Below, piece after piece: positions 14,200-29,708 of a stretch of DNA of 64,000 nucleotides. The stretch comes from the human T2T-CHM13v2.0 reference genome, Homo sapiens. Within the stretch, counting starts at the first letter, position 1, and each line of letters begins with the position of its first letter. The stretch is from the NCBI RefSeq assembly GCF_009914755.1, contig NC_060931.1, one strand, 5' to 3'. The position numbers were made by a program, and so were the translations under genes. The notes beneath the pieces are model-generated. The model did no database searches. It saw only the letters and a program-made list of their open reading frames with translations, and was not told where the DNA came from.

Positions 14200-15050
14200 A
14201 AATAAATAAAAATTAAAAAATATGGTAGTTTAGATCAAGTTAAAGAATATTTTAGAAAGTAGAAATATCAGATTGAGGAACTCTTCTAGAAGGCAGCAGA
14301 AAAGTAAAGAAATGAGAAATATGTATTTTTAACAAACTAAACCTGATGGAGTGGATGAATAGACAGAAATGTGATAGGGCATATATAGAAATGTTTAATT
14401 ATAGAATCTAGATTAATAGCACATGTGTATACAATATGCAATGCTTTCAATAGTTTAATTGCAAATGTGCATAATAAATTTTGGAGAAGAAATGAAGAAT
14501 ATAATTGAGGAATTAAAGCCAATATCTAGGAAATAGGATTTTCTGTGAGATAATATATTTTAACAGACAGGAGAAAAAAATTGTTATCAAATAATGAAAA
14601 TAATGTAGATAAATCATAAAATTTAATAAATATGTAGAAACTCAGATTAAAAGATAAAAATGAACAATAATGAAAAAGATAAATTTATAAAGCATCCTGA
14701 GAGACAGGAAAAAATAGCAAGCAAAGAACAATGTCAAATTCTCTACAGATACTTTAGATGTAAGAGGTCATTGGGGAAATATTTTTGGACAATAAAAAAT
14801 TAATCTTATAATTTGATATAAAGGTAATTGTCATTTCAATGTGAGATAATAAAATTATTTTCAGGTAGAAAAAGCCTCAGAAAATTTGCCACACAAAGAT
14901 ATAGGACTTCGCCCTTTGTCTAAAGGCATTGGAAGTATCCTTGGGAGAAGTATCTAAATAAGGAGAGAGACACATACAGGAGATGCCATGGAGGTATGGT
15001 AAGGGTAATCAACTATCATGATGAAACATATTTTAATAATTTTCCAGATA
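14200..15050 (+). mobile_element. Highly decayed HAL1/L1M ORF1-like fragment
   Basis: A-rich with ORF1-like motifs 'tagatgtaagaggtcattgg', 'gcctcagaaaatttgccacac'. Confidence 0.5.
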
Positions 15051-16979
15051 ATCAATTTCCATCGAATAGGCAATGGCTTTGAGTGACTCTCAGAATACTT
15101 GACTCCTAATGATTGCTCTATAAATACCTCTTTAGTGAAAGATTCAAAATAAAAATTTAAGAAAAGTATTAAAATTGTTCATGCAAGTCAAGCAAACCAA
15201 TTGAAAGAGCTATTGATGGTGCCCGACTCTTAATAGGTATGCGGTAAGTATTGGTTGAATGACAGAATGATTGACAGGTCTCTTGAATTTATGAATGAAT
15301 GTAATGAGTAATATTAAAACAAGGCAGTGCAGCATTCAGATCTAGGACATGGTATGAATGCAAAAGACACCTGAATGAGAGAGGGAGGCAACAGATGTGA
15401 ATTACTCATCATGTTTAACTGTAGGTATAAAAACAGAGGAAAGACTAAACAGGTTTATGTAAAATTTAAAATTAATTAATATGAATATCTGACCAAACAT
15501 CACTATTATTTTTAATTTAAAATATCTCCTAACCTGGGTAAAGCATATTGCACACAAAATTTGGCATTTATTTTATCACATTACTGATTTGTTTTCATGT
15601 ATAATTCCATAGTATTTATGTCCCAGCATATGTTCATGTAGATGGTAGTTTTGTGAACATAAAGTTCACAGATACATCATTAATGTCAAAATTGCTGAAG
15701 AACAATAACAAACCCTATAAGGAAATAAGTATTGTGAAACCTCATCTTAAAAGTCCAAAAATATAAATAATCTGCTCAAAATATTTCAAATATAACTGGA
15801 GCCTGCCTCCCATCTCATTTTTGCCAGCCCAAATACTAAAACCTGTAAGCTTTTCTGCCCATGCACACACTAAAACAGCATGATATTTTAACATGATTTT
15901 AATACAGTTTTGACATTTAAACTTAAATAGATTAACAGCAGCAGAAACATACTTAATAGTTTAACCCACCACATTGGACTGTCATTAAAATAAGCAAAGA
16001 CTAACCAGGAAATATAATAAGGGAACAGCAAAGAATGCCCAGCTCTGAGACTAACATCATTCTGCAATGTTCATCTCTATCCTAAAGTGCCCGGAAGAAC
16101 AGAGTGGTAAATCATGTCATCCATATCTTGTACTTTTCCATGTACCTAATTTAAGCACAGGAAATTTAGAAATAGGAAAATCTTGCAAATTCACTTTTAT
16201 TAGAAAAAATAATGTGAATAAGTTAGTAGCTTTATTAGCCCTAAGAAAATAAAAAACAAAATGATCCTGAGAGAGCTGGCAATATCCATCGTTTTCACAG
16301 GAGTTACCGACAGCTACTTTGTAATGAATTATCTTAGACAAATCATGTAATCTTTCAAAACCACCATAACCCTGCCTGAAGGATTTGTCCAGCCTCATTG
16401 TATTTCTTCAGCTCCCAGCTCTGTCTTCTTTAGTCTGTGAGCGAGTCTAGCCACCAAATCTCCAAGGAAGGTTTAACGGTGATTGTGAATTCACTATGCA
16501 CCCAAATTTACCCACAGAAATCGAATGCAACAGATACAGCAGAGAAAACTTAGAAAAGCAGGTAACATTGCACTGCCATGTCATTAGCTCTGCATCAGAA
16601 ATTTAATTTCTGGAAATATCAAGTTTGCTAAAACTTTGATTTATAGGGCTTATATTCATAATATCCCTATACTCATCAGGTAAATAAGAATAAACACTCA
16701 TTTCAAGGTGATGAGTCATTTATAGACAAATCATTTGAGTGCTAAAGTTAAAGCAGAAACTTCCACTGTGGTAGAAGTTTCACTGTGGTGGCAGTTTGCT
16801 CAGGAAAGTCAAAAATAAACTACAAACAATATACAAATTTGATAGCATGATGTAAGTTTCGAAAAATCTCATTTGTAGTTGACCCAGAGGAAAGAAAATA
16901 TTTCCCAGGTTTGGTTGAGGTGTTGCTTACAATAGAATAAGTGATAGTTTGTCTCATTCCTTATAAATTCATCATTTTC

Positions 16980-17910
16980 AAAGTTCAGACCTAAATCTCT
17001 AGATTCATCCCTGGTGGACATGTCCCTAAAGAGGATATATTCATTCCAATTGGTTTCTTCTCCTCCACTGCTACCATCCCAACCGGGCCTAACCCGCTAT
17101 GTCTCTCAGCTGCTCATCCCAGGAGCTTTTTACTGAGGCTCCCTTATTCTCTTTTTGTACCTTTTATTCAATTCTCAACACAATCATCAGTGATTTCTTT
17201 TTCACAGGAGTCAGATCCTGCCATCCCTCTTTAACACTCTCCCGTGGCTTTTCATTTCCATCAGTGTAAGAGTGAAAGTCCCTAGAGTGACTCTAGAAAG
17301 ATGAGTTTGTGAGGGCAATCAAGTTACACCTGTTTTCCAGCCAAAATTATTAATCCACCACCCTTTCACTCTTAAAAGTGTCCCTGGTTGGATGCTAGAC
17401 TGTGTGGCCAGTCTCTCACGGGGCTCTCTATGACTTACCTCTTGTTCACCTTACCCCTCTGAGCTCATCATTGCAGCCATCCTATGCCTCTGCCCTCAGT
17501 AACACTCTCCTCTTTACTGTTTTTTAATCATGCTGGGGAAGACTTTTCACATTGCCTTCCATTTACTTTTTCCTGGGCCTGGAATACTCCTGCATCAGGT
17601 TTTTCATTAGATTCCTCTCCCAGCACTTTCAAGGCTTACCTAAATGCAGACTTCTCCATTAGCCTTCCCTTGCTTCCTATTTAAAACTGCAACCCGGTCC
17701 CCACTCCACTACTCCCTATATTTCTTCCTACAGTTTTTCTTCTCAACACTCATCAACATTTACATATCTGCCTACATGAGAACAAAAGGTCCCTGTGGAA
17801 AGATATATTGTTTTATTTGCTTATTGTGGTTTTCCTAGCATCTTATACATGGGAGATGCTCAATAAATACTTGCTGAATCAAAGAAGGAAGGAGTTGAAT
17901 TAATGAATTG
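16980..17910 (+). mobile_element. L2 3' portion
   Basis: Pyrimidine-rich L2 text ending 'gctcaataaatacttgctgaat...aatgaattga'. Confidence 0.8.
17284..17413 (-). mobile_element. MER94-like hAT MITE nested in L2
   Basis: 'aattattaatccaccaccctttcactcttaaaagtgtccctggttgga' matches reverse MER94 core. Confidence 0.7.
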
Positions 17911-17997
17911 ACGCATTGGGGATCCTATAATCCTTTGAATTCTACTTAGGGTTTCCTGATGTTTGTCCTTATCTGTGTGTTTCAGTATGCTCTAGAC

Positions 17998-18282
17998 CAG
18001 TGTTTTTCACACTTACCTACTCAATTGCTCTAGCAGAAGTTTATAGGGACTCAACCACCACAGCAAAGTAAGAGTAGATCACTATGTTAGAAAAAGGGAA
18101 GCTTCTTTAAAATCTCATAGTTCATTGTAATTGTTATTCCAATTCTGCATTGTGCACCATTATAGTTACATGTTTACTATATACCCTGTTTTACATATCA
18201 TTGGTTAAAATCCACATCCATGATGATGGACCCTGTTAATCCTGAACTTTGCATAATCCCTGACTATATGCTACAAACCACT
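17998..18282. mobile_element. Possible hAT-Charlie DNA transposon remnant
   Basis: Ends 'cagtgtttttca' and 'caaaccactg' resemble Charlie TIRs, preceded by ctagac. Confidence 0.35.
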
Positions 18283-18399
18283 GAAAGAAATCATGTCATT
18301 TTATTAAAAACAAAAACATAGATTAACTAGTTCTGATTTACAATGTTGTCCATGTTTTCCTAAACTTTCCATATCTGATATTATGCAGATTCTCTAAAG

Positions 18400-18960
18400 A
18401 AACTCTTACATATGCACCAGCAGAGAGGTACAACATATAGGTGTCATTGTTAGCGTAAATAATAACAAAATTTCTAAATATCTAATAAAAAGAAAGTTGA
18501 TAAAAAGTGAGATATTCTCACAATGGAGCACTCTATATAATGGAAAATGAATTATTTGATTTATTGTATGATACGCAAAATTTTGGATGGAACAAAGTAT
18601 GTTATGGATGAATATATGCAGAATACACTCAGTAAACTTGTATTGATTGCCTAACATATACCAAATGCTGGGAAGATAGCAGTGAACAAAGCAATTAAAC
18701 GCTGCTCTCTTTGAATATAAAATTTTAGTAAGGGAAGATAATCAACAAATTAGGTCATTTGTGTAGATATTTAAAGGAGACAGGTGGTATAGAGAAAATA
18801 AGAGAATTTGATAATGGTTACATAGGGTGTGAAAGCAGAAGATCAAGAAAGATTAATGCAGCAGTTTTTGCCTGAGCCACTGGAAGGAAAAGGTTGTAAT
18901 AAATATCTTGAAAAGACTGTGAAAGGAGCAGATTGAGAAGACATGACATCCAGTTTTGAA
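18400..18960. mobile_element. L1ME fragment (+) followed by L2 fragment (-)
   Basis: 'attctcacaatggagcact'; then 'ccaaatgctgggaagatagcagtgaacaaa'. Confidence 0.55.
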
Positions 18961-19564
18961 TATATGCCTCTGTGTTATTTAAAATGTAACAATATTATTT
19001 TATACCCATGTTGCTTTCTGAATCTTAGGATGCATATCTGAAATCAATTTTGTAAAATTCACAACCATTAACTCTTTGATATTTGCCTCTCTCCTAGTTT
19101 CCCTTCTCTAATATTTTACAAACTCATTTGATCTATGTTGGGGTTTTAATTTCTAACCTGTAAACTTAACAATGTTGTTTTTATTTTAACTTCCTTATAT
19201 TTCTATGCAGCTTTCTCTCAAATTTCTACTGATTTATCTTCCACTTAACTAACGCTTTCTTAAGCTACATTTAATCAGCTGTTAATAGTTCCATTGAGTT
19301 TATAAATGCATATACACATGCACACACACATTTCTAGTAGTTTTATTTTTTACATATGTACTTTTTCAAATTTTTACTTCTGCAATATGCTCATTTTTAT
19401 TATTCAATATTTAATTCATTTTTAATTTTTAAATATTTTCTAACATGATTTTATATTTATAGTTTATATTATATATCTGATTATCCCACTATCTATAATG
19501 AAGGGTGATTATAATTCTATTGCATTTTTAAAATTTGTGATCAAGTGTTTTCTCTTAGCTGAAT

Positions 19565-20885
19565 TTTTTATAATTATATATTCACATGCTGTTATAATAA
19601 TACACAGAGCTTCCATGTACCCTTTACTCAGTTTCCCCCAATGGAAACATCTTACGACACTTTTGTATAATATTGCAACCTAGATATTGACATTAACACA
19701 ACAAAGACACAAAGATTTTCATCACCCCACAGATTCTTCATGTTGCTCTTTTTTAGCCACATCCACTTTGCTTCCCTTATCTCTCCCTGAACAAGGCTAA
19801 CCACTAATCTATTCTGTTTTTCTACAGTTTTCTCATTTTAACTATGTTATGTAAATGAAATCAAACAGTATATAATCTTTTGAGATTGGCTTTTTTTTTT
19901 TTTCACTCAGCATAATTGCATGGAAATTCATTCAAGTTGTTGTTAGGTATCAATTGTTTGCTTTTTTGTTGATGAATAGCATCTGATGATGTGGGTTGCC
20001 ACAGTTTAACAATTGACCCATTGAAGGATACCAGGGTTCTTTCCAGGTTTTGGCTATTACAAATAAAGCTGTTATGACCACTTATATACAGATTTTTGAG
20101 TGAGCGTAAGTTCATATTTTTCTAATATAAATATCCAGCAGCACAATTTCTAGGTTATATATTTGTTTCATGTTTAGTTTTTTTAAGAAACTGCTTAACT
20201 ATTTTTTCTGAGTATGATTAATTTACCTTATCACCAGCATTGTATGAGTTTTCCAGTTCCCCTCCAGAATTTGATATTATCACCATTTTTAAATTTTTAC
20301 ACATTCTGATATGTCTTATTGTGGCTTTAATTTGCATTTCCCAAATGGCTAATGAAGTTTAATACTTTACATGTGCTTATTGTCATCTGTATACCTTCTT
20401 CAGTGAAATCTCCATTTATATTTTGACTGTTTTAATTGAAATGCATTTGTTTTAGTGTTCTTGTTGAGTTTTGAGAATTCCTGATACACATTGCAGATAC
20501 TGATCCTTTGTCATATATGTGTGTGAAAATATTTTCTCTCAGCCTATGGTATGTCTTTTCACCCTTGTGATAGGGTCACTTTCAGAGAAAAAATGTTTAA
20601 TTTACATAAGGTTATTAATTTTCCTTTTAATGATAATGCTTTTAATGTCATGTCTAACACCACTTTGCTTAGCCTTAATATCAAATATGTTCTAAAAGTT
20701 TTGTAGTTTCAATTTTGCGCTTATTTCCATGGTCCTGTTGAGCAGGTTTTCATGTGAAGTAAGGGCTTCAGTCTGGGCTCATTTTTCACTTTCCTATGGG
20801 TGTCCAGTTGCGCCAACAGCATTTGTTGGAAAGGCAACCCATACGTGAACTGCGTTTGCATCATTGTCAAAAATCAGTTTGTCTA
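19565..20885 (-). mobile_element. L1MC (MC3-like) 3' region
   Basis: 'ccatgtaccctttactcagtttcccccaatggaaacatc', 'tttgcatttcccaaatggctaatga'. Confidence 0.85.
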
Positions 20886-21272
20886 TTCCAGGCCTCCCTA
20901 GCTGATCAAGTGCCTTTTCATATTTGTGGAAATAACTTTGTCCTTATGTCAGTGACCTTACTCTGTAGAGACAGTGAGGAGCTTGGTTTGAGGAAGCTTT
21001 CCTCCTGAGACAGTTTTATCTTAGCAGAGCAGAAGGCTAGCAATATGAGACAAAATTAATCTAATCGATTTTATTGGATGTTTTATTTTTTATACATTAT
21101 CTTTCTTTAGCTGAAGTTAAGCTATTATTCTCAACCAAGCCTACCCTGAGTGGGAAGACAGGCAGCCAGCTTCCTACGTAAGTTATCGGACTTGCCAAAT
21201 GGTAATTATTATCTTAAGATTACACATTTACTCAGTGTACATCTATTGATCTACACTTTGTGTCAGTGCCTA

Positions 21273-21852
21273 CTGAAGCAGGATATTTCCCTGACCCCTT
21301 CATGAGACTCATGACAGGGGTGCCTCCTTTGCCCAGCCTGCAGTTTTCAACTCCTGAAGGGAGGGAGCCTGCGAGCAAACAAGGTGACAACTGGAGTGCA
21401 GGAGCACTGGAACCAGCCACTTCAGCACTGGCAGGTGCTAACTCCACCCATTCAGACCTCCTGTGCTCCACCCCTCGCAGGAAAGAGCCTGTGGGTGACA
21501 GGGTGCAGGAGCCAGGACGAGAGCACTTTTGGGAGCCAGCAGGAGCAAACTGTGTGCAGGCACCGAGGCAGCATCTGGGGGTGGGGGTTGCCCATGGCCC
21601 CCAAAGCCCCAGAGAGAGTGTTTCAGTGTTCTTTTATCTCTGCCATCCATGAACAGCTAAAGTGTTAACAGTTCAGTGGGCCCTTTGCCTTTTCGTGTGA
21701 AGTGGTTGCCTTCCACCAGTGAGGGTGAAGGACAAGTGTGGCAAGTGTGGCAGCCTTTTGTGTCCACACGAGTGGCACCTGAGCACTTGTCCGGTGTCCG
21801 GGAGAAATGAGGTTGCTCAAACAAATTGAAGCATGGTAAATGTGGGGAATTT
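21273..21852. mobile_element. MER52-family ERV1 LTR, abruptly truncated
   Basis: Begins 'tgaagcaggatatttccctgaccccttcatgagactcatgacaggggtgcc' (MER52 terminus) and stops at 'ggtaaatgtggggaattt'. Confidence 0.8.
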
Positions 21853-23414
21853 CAGTTATAATTGATAACTGAAATCAGGAGCTCGTGGAGAAAAGCTATT
21901 GAAATGGAAGAAAACAGAACTAAAGAACCAATTCAAATGGATGCTGAACATAGAGAAGTATTGCCAGAATCATTACCTGTGTTGCACAATCAAAGAGAAT
22001 TTAGCATGGCTGATTTTCTCTTAGAAACCACTCTATCAGATTTTGGCCAGTCTCATTCGACTGAAGAGAAAGTTATTTCAGATTGCGAGTGTGTGCCTCA
22101 GAAACGTGCTGACCAGTCACATAGATGAACCACCAACACAAAATCAGTCAGATTTGTTAAATAAGAAAGTAATTTGCAAGCAAGATTTGGAATGTTTAGC
22201 CTTCACCAAGCTTTCAGAAACTAGCCGAATGGAGACATTCTCCCCTGCTGTCGGCAATAGGATAGATGTGATGGGTGGCAGTGAAGAGGAGTTTATGAAA
22301 ATATTGGACCACTTAGAAGTTTCTTGTAACAAACCTTCCACAAATAAAACTATGTTGTGGAATTCTTTTCAGATATCAAGTGGAATTAGTTCTAAGAGTT
22401 TTAAAGATAATGATTTTGGCATATTACACGAAACTCTTCCGGAAGAAGTTGGTCACCTAAGTTTTAATAGTTCCAGTAGTTCAGAGGCCAATTTTAAACT
22501 GCAGCCAAATAGTCCTATGCATGGTGGCACTCTTCTAGAAGATGTTGTGGGAGGGAGACAGACTACTCCAGAATCAGACTTTAATTTACAGGCTCTTTGC
22601 AGTAGATACGAGGCTCTGAAGAAACCTCTTTCCAAGAAAAGGGAAGAATCTTAACTCTCGAATTCCCAAACACCTGAAAGACACAAACCAGAATTGAGCC
22701 CTACTCCCCAAAATGTACAAACAGATGATACGCTTAACTTTTTGGACACCCGTGATTTGCATACTGAGCATATAAAGCCATCTTTACGCATGTCCATCGG
22801 TGAAAGAAAACGGTCTCTTTCACCACTAATTAAGTTTTCTCCAGTGGAACAAAGATTGAGAACCACAATAGCATGTAGTCTTGGAGAACTACCTAATTTA
22901 AAAGAAGAAGACATTTTGAATAAGAGCCTTGATGCAAAAGAACCACCGTCTGACTTGACAAGATGAAGACGTACCCATTTAATATAACTATGATGCACTT
23001 AAATTGAAGCTATGCCACAGGATAGAAACTGAATTATAACTTAAATACATGTTGGAAGTGTAACACTGTTTTTCAAGGTTTAAAAAAATTCCTAATGCCT
23101 TTTAGCCTTCTTTAATATTTTTAGGTAAGGAAAGTATGTTTGGATTTTTTCTCTTTGTAGGTATATGAGATTGAAACGTGAAGTATTTGGAAAACAAACG
23201 TCAAGCAATGGGAAGCCATTTTGATTTCTTGAGTAATCTTGTAAGCATTAAGTGAATGACAAAGTAGTAGTGTGACTAATTTCTTATGTTATAACTTCAG
23301 TCAATTAATGTAAGGATAAGTAGTTTTTGTTGTATGTTCACTAAGTGGTTAATATAATAGCCATTGAATATATTAATCTTTCATCTTAGAGAATTATACA
23401 ACTTTTATTGTTCC

Positions 23415-23728
<314 letters not shown>

Positions 23729-26490
23729 CTTTTATTGTTTCTTAATGGAACATTCTGGCTAACCAGAAAAACGGAGAAAAGTAGTACCGTGAGATGTGTA
23801 GTCAAGATGACAAATTTTAAGACTGGAAAAGCTCTAAACAGGCTTAATGATTCTTCAAGTAGAATGATCCTGAGAAGTGATGTTTGATGGAATAAAGTGC
23901 ATGTGATGATTAAGTGAAGACTGGGGCAGAATTATTTAAAAAAAGGAAAAAGATGGAAGATGAGTAGACACTTGCAAGGAACACTGTCAAACTATAAATC
24001 CATTCAGTGGGTTGTATAACATTTATATTTAGTCTAATTTAGACTTTGATAATTTAATGCTACTTTTATATTTTAACAAAAATATAAATTAAAATTTTCA
24101 TTAGTCTGTTTTGTTGTTGGGGTTTTTTGTGAGGTACTCCCTGTTGGGGGAAAGGAACAAGGAACAACCATCAAAATTCCCCAGTCCCTACAGAATAGCC
24201 TCACAGTAACTTGAGAAAACTGAACTTGGGGTTAAATAACTTGTCACACTTGCAGTCTCCTGCCTCACTCCTTCAGGTTTCCTGCCTAGAAAAAGACTTG
24301 TGTCTAGCATCCAGCTGAACACATACTATTGCCCTCTGTGAACCAGGAGGAATGGAACAGGCAATGGAAGGGTGATAGTACCTACAATACCCTTTGTAGA
24401 CCCCATCTCACTACCATCAAAATCTTGTCCACTAGCCCCCAAAAAACTGGCAAGGAAAGAAGGTGGAGGGGAAATTTATGGAAGTAGATGGCTTAATAGT
24501 TATTTCTTTTCATTTATCTTGGGCTGCCTTTCTCTAAGTTGTTTGTCCTGTCCCAGTGTGAAGACCCATCTTTTTGTGAGAAAAGACAAAAGAAAGCACA
24601 TGTAACTACCTTCTTTGCAATGGAAAAGGAGAAAGAAAAAATCTTCTCCTAAGTTGCTGTTTTATTTTATTAGTTAATAAAACAAATCAGGGACTACGCA
24701 GGTCTATGGGGAAAGCTTTAGTCTGCTTTAAGAAAACTCAGTATCTGAAAATCTTAACTTAGCATGTGATGCTGTCATATCAGCATCTGCAGAAGTGCCA
24801 AAGCCACTGCTAGACACTTAATGTGTATTATTTCATTTAATTATATGTTAAATGTGCTTCCCTGGTAATTCTTAAGCTCGAGAAAGAGTTTGAGAACTGC
24901 TGCTAGGAAATAGAGATTCACATTTAACCCTGTGGTACTTTTAAGAAGCAGGTACATTGTTGCATATATACTTGGGTAGAGATTGGTAACTATCTGACAG
25001 GGAAGCTCAAGTTGGCCACTCAAGTCTGGGAAACCCTTAATTACTGAGAATCAAAAGAGCAGAATGTCTGTAGACATTTTGGATTTGTAAAACTCACATT
25101 GTTGAGTTATACCTGTGATGGGCTGAAAGTTTTTGATTCTTTCCTGTTCTTCATATGCCAGTACCATAAACAAAAAGTATCTCAGATCTGTCACTTTCTT
25201 CTCCTAAACCAATGTGATTGCAGCTTTTTGCCTTCAGCCTTTTCCCTATCCAATATCTCCTACATAGTTACCTTTTGATCCTAAGGAACTGTTTCGATTG
25301 GGTCACTTCCTTGCCTAAAATTCCATTGATTGTTCATTGTTAATTCTAAAATAGAGTTCAAATTTAAAGGCATGTAAGTTCCCCTATAATGGATTTCCTC
25401 TACTCCCCCTTCCGCTGTAATCTCCCATTTTTTTACTGAAATGCTTCAGTTAGCATGAGTCTTTAGAGGTCTTGATTTACAATTTTCCTGAAGCAGGAAT
25501 ACCTTGCTTTCCTCTACTAGTTTACCACAATTACAGCTCTCTTTTAAGCCTCAGAAAAAAATCTCACTTCCATCTTGAAGTCTTAATCCATGCTTTTTAT
25601 ATCCATGTGCCTACTCCTTCTCTGAAATCTCCTATGGTTTATCTTTTTATTCATTTAATATCCCACGAATTGATTTTATTATATATTTTTTATGGTTGCA
25701 TGTGGTCTTTCTAGTTATAGCAATATACACATACATGCATAAATACATATACACCTATGTAAATGTGTGTTGGGAGTATGTATTCACACACATACATATA
25801 CCCCAAGGCCATGTGTCATCTTTATCAATATTTAAGTTTTGGAATTGTTTTGTTTGCCTCCTATATCATAGAATAAATGGTAAAGAGGGCTAATTTATTA
25901 CTCTAAGTGTATTTCTTATTATATTAATATCAGACATTATATAGAATGTACTTTGTTTTACTCACTATTTGTAAGATACAAAGGTATATAAACTGACTTA
26001 TACATCAGCTTGAAACCTGAGATAATGCTAAAATGTTCTAAGTATTTTAAATGTTTAAAGAGGACAATCATGTAATGTTGCTAAACATGAAAAATGTCAT
26101 CAAGTGGAATAAAGAATAGCTGAAGTTAACATTTGGGGGAAATTGAACTGAAAACAAAAATATGAGTATTTTGATATCTTTTCTTTACCATGAGTCTCTT
26201 GACTATGAAGTCAAATTTATCTAAAGGAAAAACAGGAATTCTGGAGACCTGTGTAAAAGCAGACTATTATCTTCCTACTGTGAGTGTACTAAAATTAAAA
26301 TACGTTTAATGACGTTTTCCTCAATGTAAAAGTATTGAAGTAAATGTTTCTTTTATGTTGCAGATACATAGTTGCTCTAGAGATCACCTTTTTCTTTATG
26401 CATCGTGAATAGCAGTCTGCATCCTAAGTTTAAAATATTTGAGAATCCTCTATGGGACTCTCTGTAAATGTCTTAAATACTGTTGTTTTC

Positions 26491-26496
26491 AATAAA
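26491..26496 (+). promoter_or_regulatory. Polyadenylation signal of the retrocopied mRNA
   Basis: AATAAA 11 nt before the genomic A-run. Confidence 0.9.
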
Positions 26497-26734
26497 TATT
26501 TTATACTAAAAAAAAAAAAAAGATTTCTTCCAGAGATGCAAGATTGGTTCACATTTGAAAATCAATTAAAGTCATGTATCATATTAACAAGCTATAGGAT
26601 AAAAATCACATAATTGTGTTAATTGATGCAAAATGAATTTTGCAAAATTCAATATCCATTTATAATTTTTGAAAAATCATTTTTGGAGATTAAAAATGGA
26701 GGGGAACTTCTTATTCTGATAAAAAGCATATACA

Positions 26735-27060
<326 letters not shown>

Positions 27061-27713
27061 TTACAGCTAACTTTATACTTAATGGTGAAAGACTGAATGC
27101 ATTTCTGTAATATTGAGAAGAAAATAAGGATGCCTGCTCCACCACTTTTATTCAACATAGCACTGACAGTTCTTGCCAGTGCAATAAAGAAAAATAAGAA
27201 AATAAAGTTCCACAAATTGGAAAGGAAAACACGATTGTCCCTATTTTCAGACGTCATGTTTGTTTTTGTAGAAAACGAAAGAAATCTACAAAAAAAAATC
27301 CTAGAAAAAGCTAAGTTCAACAGCTTCTAGGATACAAAATAAAGATATAAAAATCAGTTGCTTTTCTATACACTGTCAATCGGTGTATGGACACAGAAAT
27401 GAAAAACATGATACCATTTCAAATCACTCAAAAATAAAATGCCTGGATATAAATCTAAGAAAACGTGCAGGTATTACGTGTTAAAAACTATAAAAATGAA
27501 AAAGGTCAAAGATAATCTAATTAAATGAAAAAAATATATCATGTTCATATAGTAAAGATGTCAATTCAACCCAAGTTGATACACAGGTTTAAAGAAATTT
27601 CTATCAAATGGCAGAAAGATTGTCCCTAAAGACAAGATGATTCTAACATTTATGTGGAAACGCAGAGGAACAATATCTTAAACATTTTTTAAAAAGAATA
27701 AAGTAGGAGGAGG

Positions 27714-28031
<318 letters not shown>

Positions 28032-28231
28032 AATAAAGTAAGAGGAGTCACCTACTGGGTTTCAAGACCTACTGTATAACTACACAATCAAGATTGTGTG
28101 ATATTTAGAGGAATAGACACTAGGTCAATGGAAGAGACTAGAGGACCTATAAATAGACACACTAAAGTATGTCTAACTGATTTTTGACTAGGGTGCAAAA
28201 GCAAATGAATGGAATAAGGATAGCCTTTTCA

Positions 28232-28504
<273 letters not shown>

Positions 28505-29708
28505 CTATACAAAAATTAAATTAAAATTTATCATGTGTTTAAATTCATCCTGTATTTAAAGAAAAAAAGCTTAATTTTTAATACACTTGGGAACAAAAAA
28601 TATTCGATAAAATCTTTAGTATCTGGAACTAGGCAAATAGTTCATAGAACTGACGCCAGAAGTATGAATGATAAAAAGAAAAATGGATAAGTTGGAACTC
28701 TTATTTTAAATTTAGGTTTTGCAAAATGCAAAATAGAAGATAAAAATGAAAACTATAGACTGGGAGAAACTATTTGTAAACCACCTATATGACAAATGAC
28801 TAGTACCTAAAATATATAAAAAACCTCAAAACTCAAGAGTGAAACAATAAAATCACAAAATGAACCAAAGTCATGATCAGATATTTCATTAAAGAGGACA
28901 TAGAGATAGCAAATAATCACAAGAAAAAATATTAGACATCATTCACCATTAAAGAAATGCAAATTAAAAATCACAAAGTGATATCACTCTAAATGTCAGG
29001 ATGGCTAAAATAAATAATAGTGGCAACACCAAATGCTGGCAATAATGCGAAGAAACCAAGTCACTTTCACATTGCTGGTGGGAATAAAAGATGGTACTGG
29101 GAAACATTTTTGCAGTTTCTTATAAAACTGAACACGTAACAACCATATGTTCTAGCAACTTCACTCCTGGGCAGTTGTTACAGACAAATGAAAACTTAAA
29201 TTCACCCAACTTTTTGTGTGATGTTCACAACTTTTTTGGCAATAACCAAATACTGAAAACAATCTAAATGTCCATAAACTGGTGAATGGTTAAACAGATG
29301 ATGTTCACTCATACAATGAAATACTATTGAGCAATACAAGGTAACAAATGATATATGCAACCTTAATCAATCACTAAAAAATCATGCAGAGTGAAAAAAG
29401 CCAATCACAAAATGTCAGATACTGAATGTTTCCATTTATATAACATTCCTGAAATGTAAAATCTATAGAGAATAGAGAACATGAGTGTTTGCCCAGGGTC
29501 AGAGATGGGATGGAGAAAATGAGGTGGGTAGGACTCTAGACAGGTAACATGAGGGACCCTCTGGTGATGGAAATGAGCTATCTTGTCACTGTCAATATAA
29601 ATATCACCATGTTACTGTAATACACTTTTGCAAGATACTACTAATAGAAGAAAATGAGTAAATAGTACATGGTATCTCTCTGTATTATTTCTTACAATTA
29701 CTTGAAAA

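Noticed and set aside
16764-16797. 17-bp direct repeat (cactgtggt...agttt x2); similar short duplications at 21733 and 35760
   Set aside because: Ordinary two-copy slippage duplications; no array or spacer structure, so not CRISPR-like.
21260-21668. Overlapping 94-130 aa ORFs upstream of the pseudogene
   Set aside because: They lie in the GC-rich MER52 LTR, have no recognisable protein similarity and are not in continuity with HAUS6.
21862-22966. Functional HAUS6 gene or a genomic duplicate of its last exons
   Set aside because: Intronless with genomic poly(A), N-terminal part absent, frameshift and nonsense codon present.
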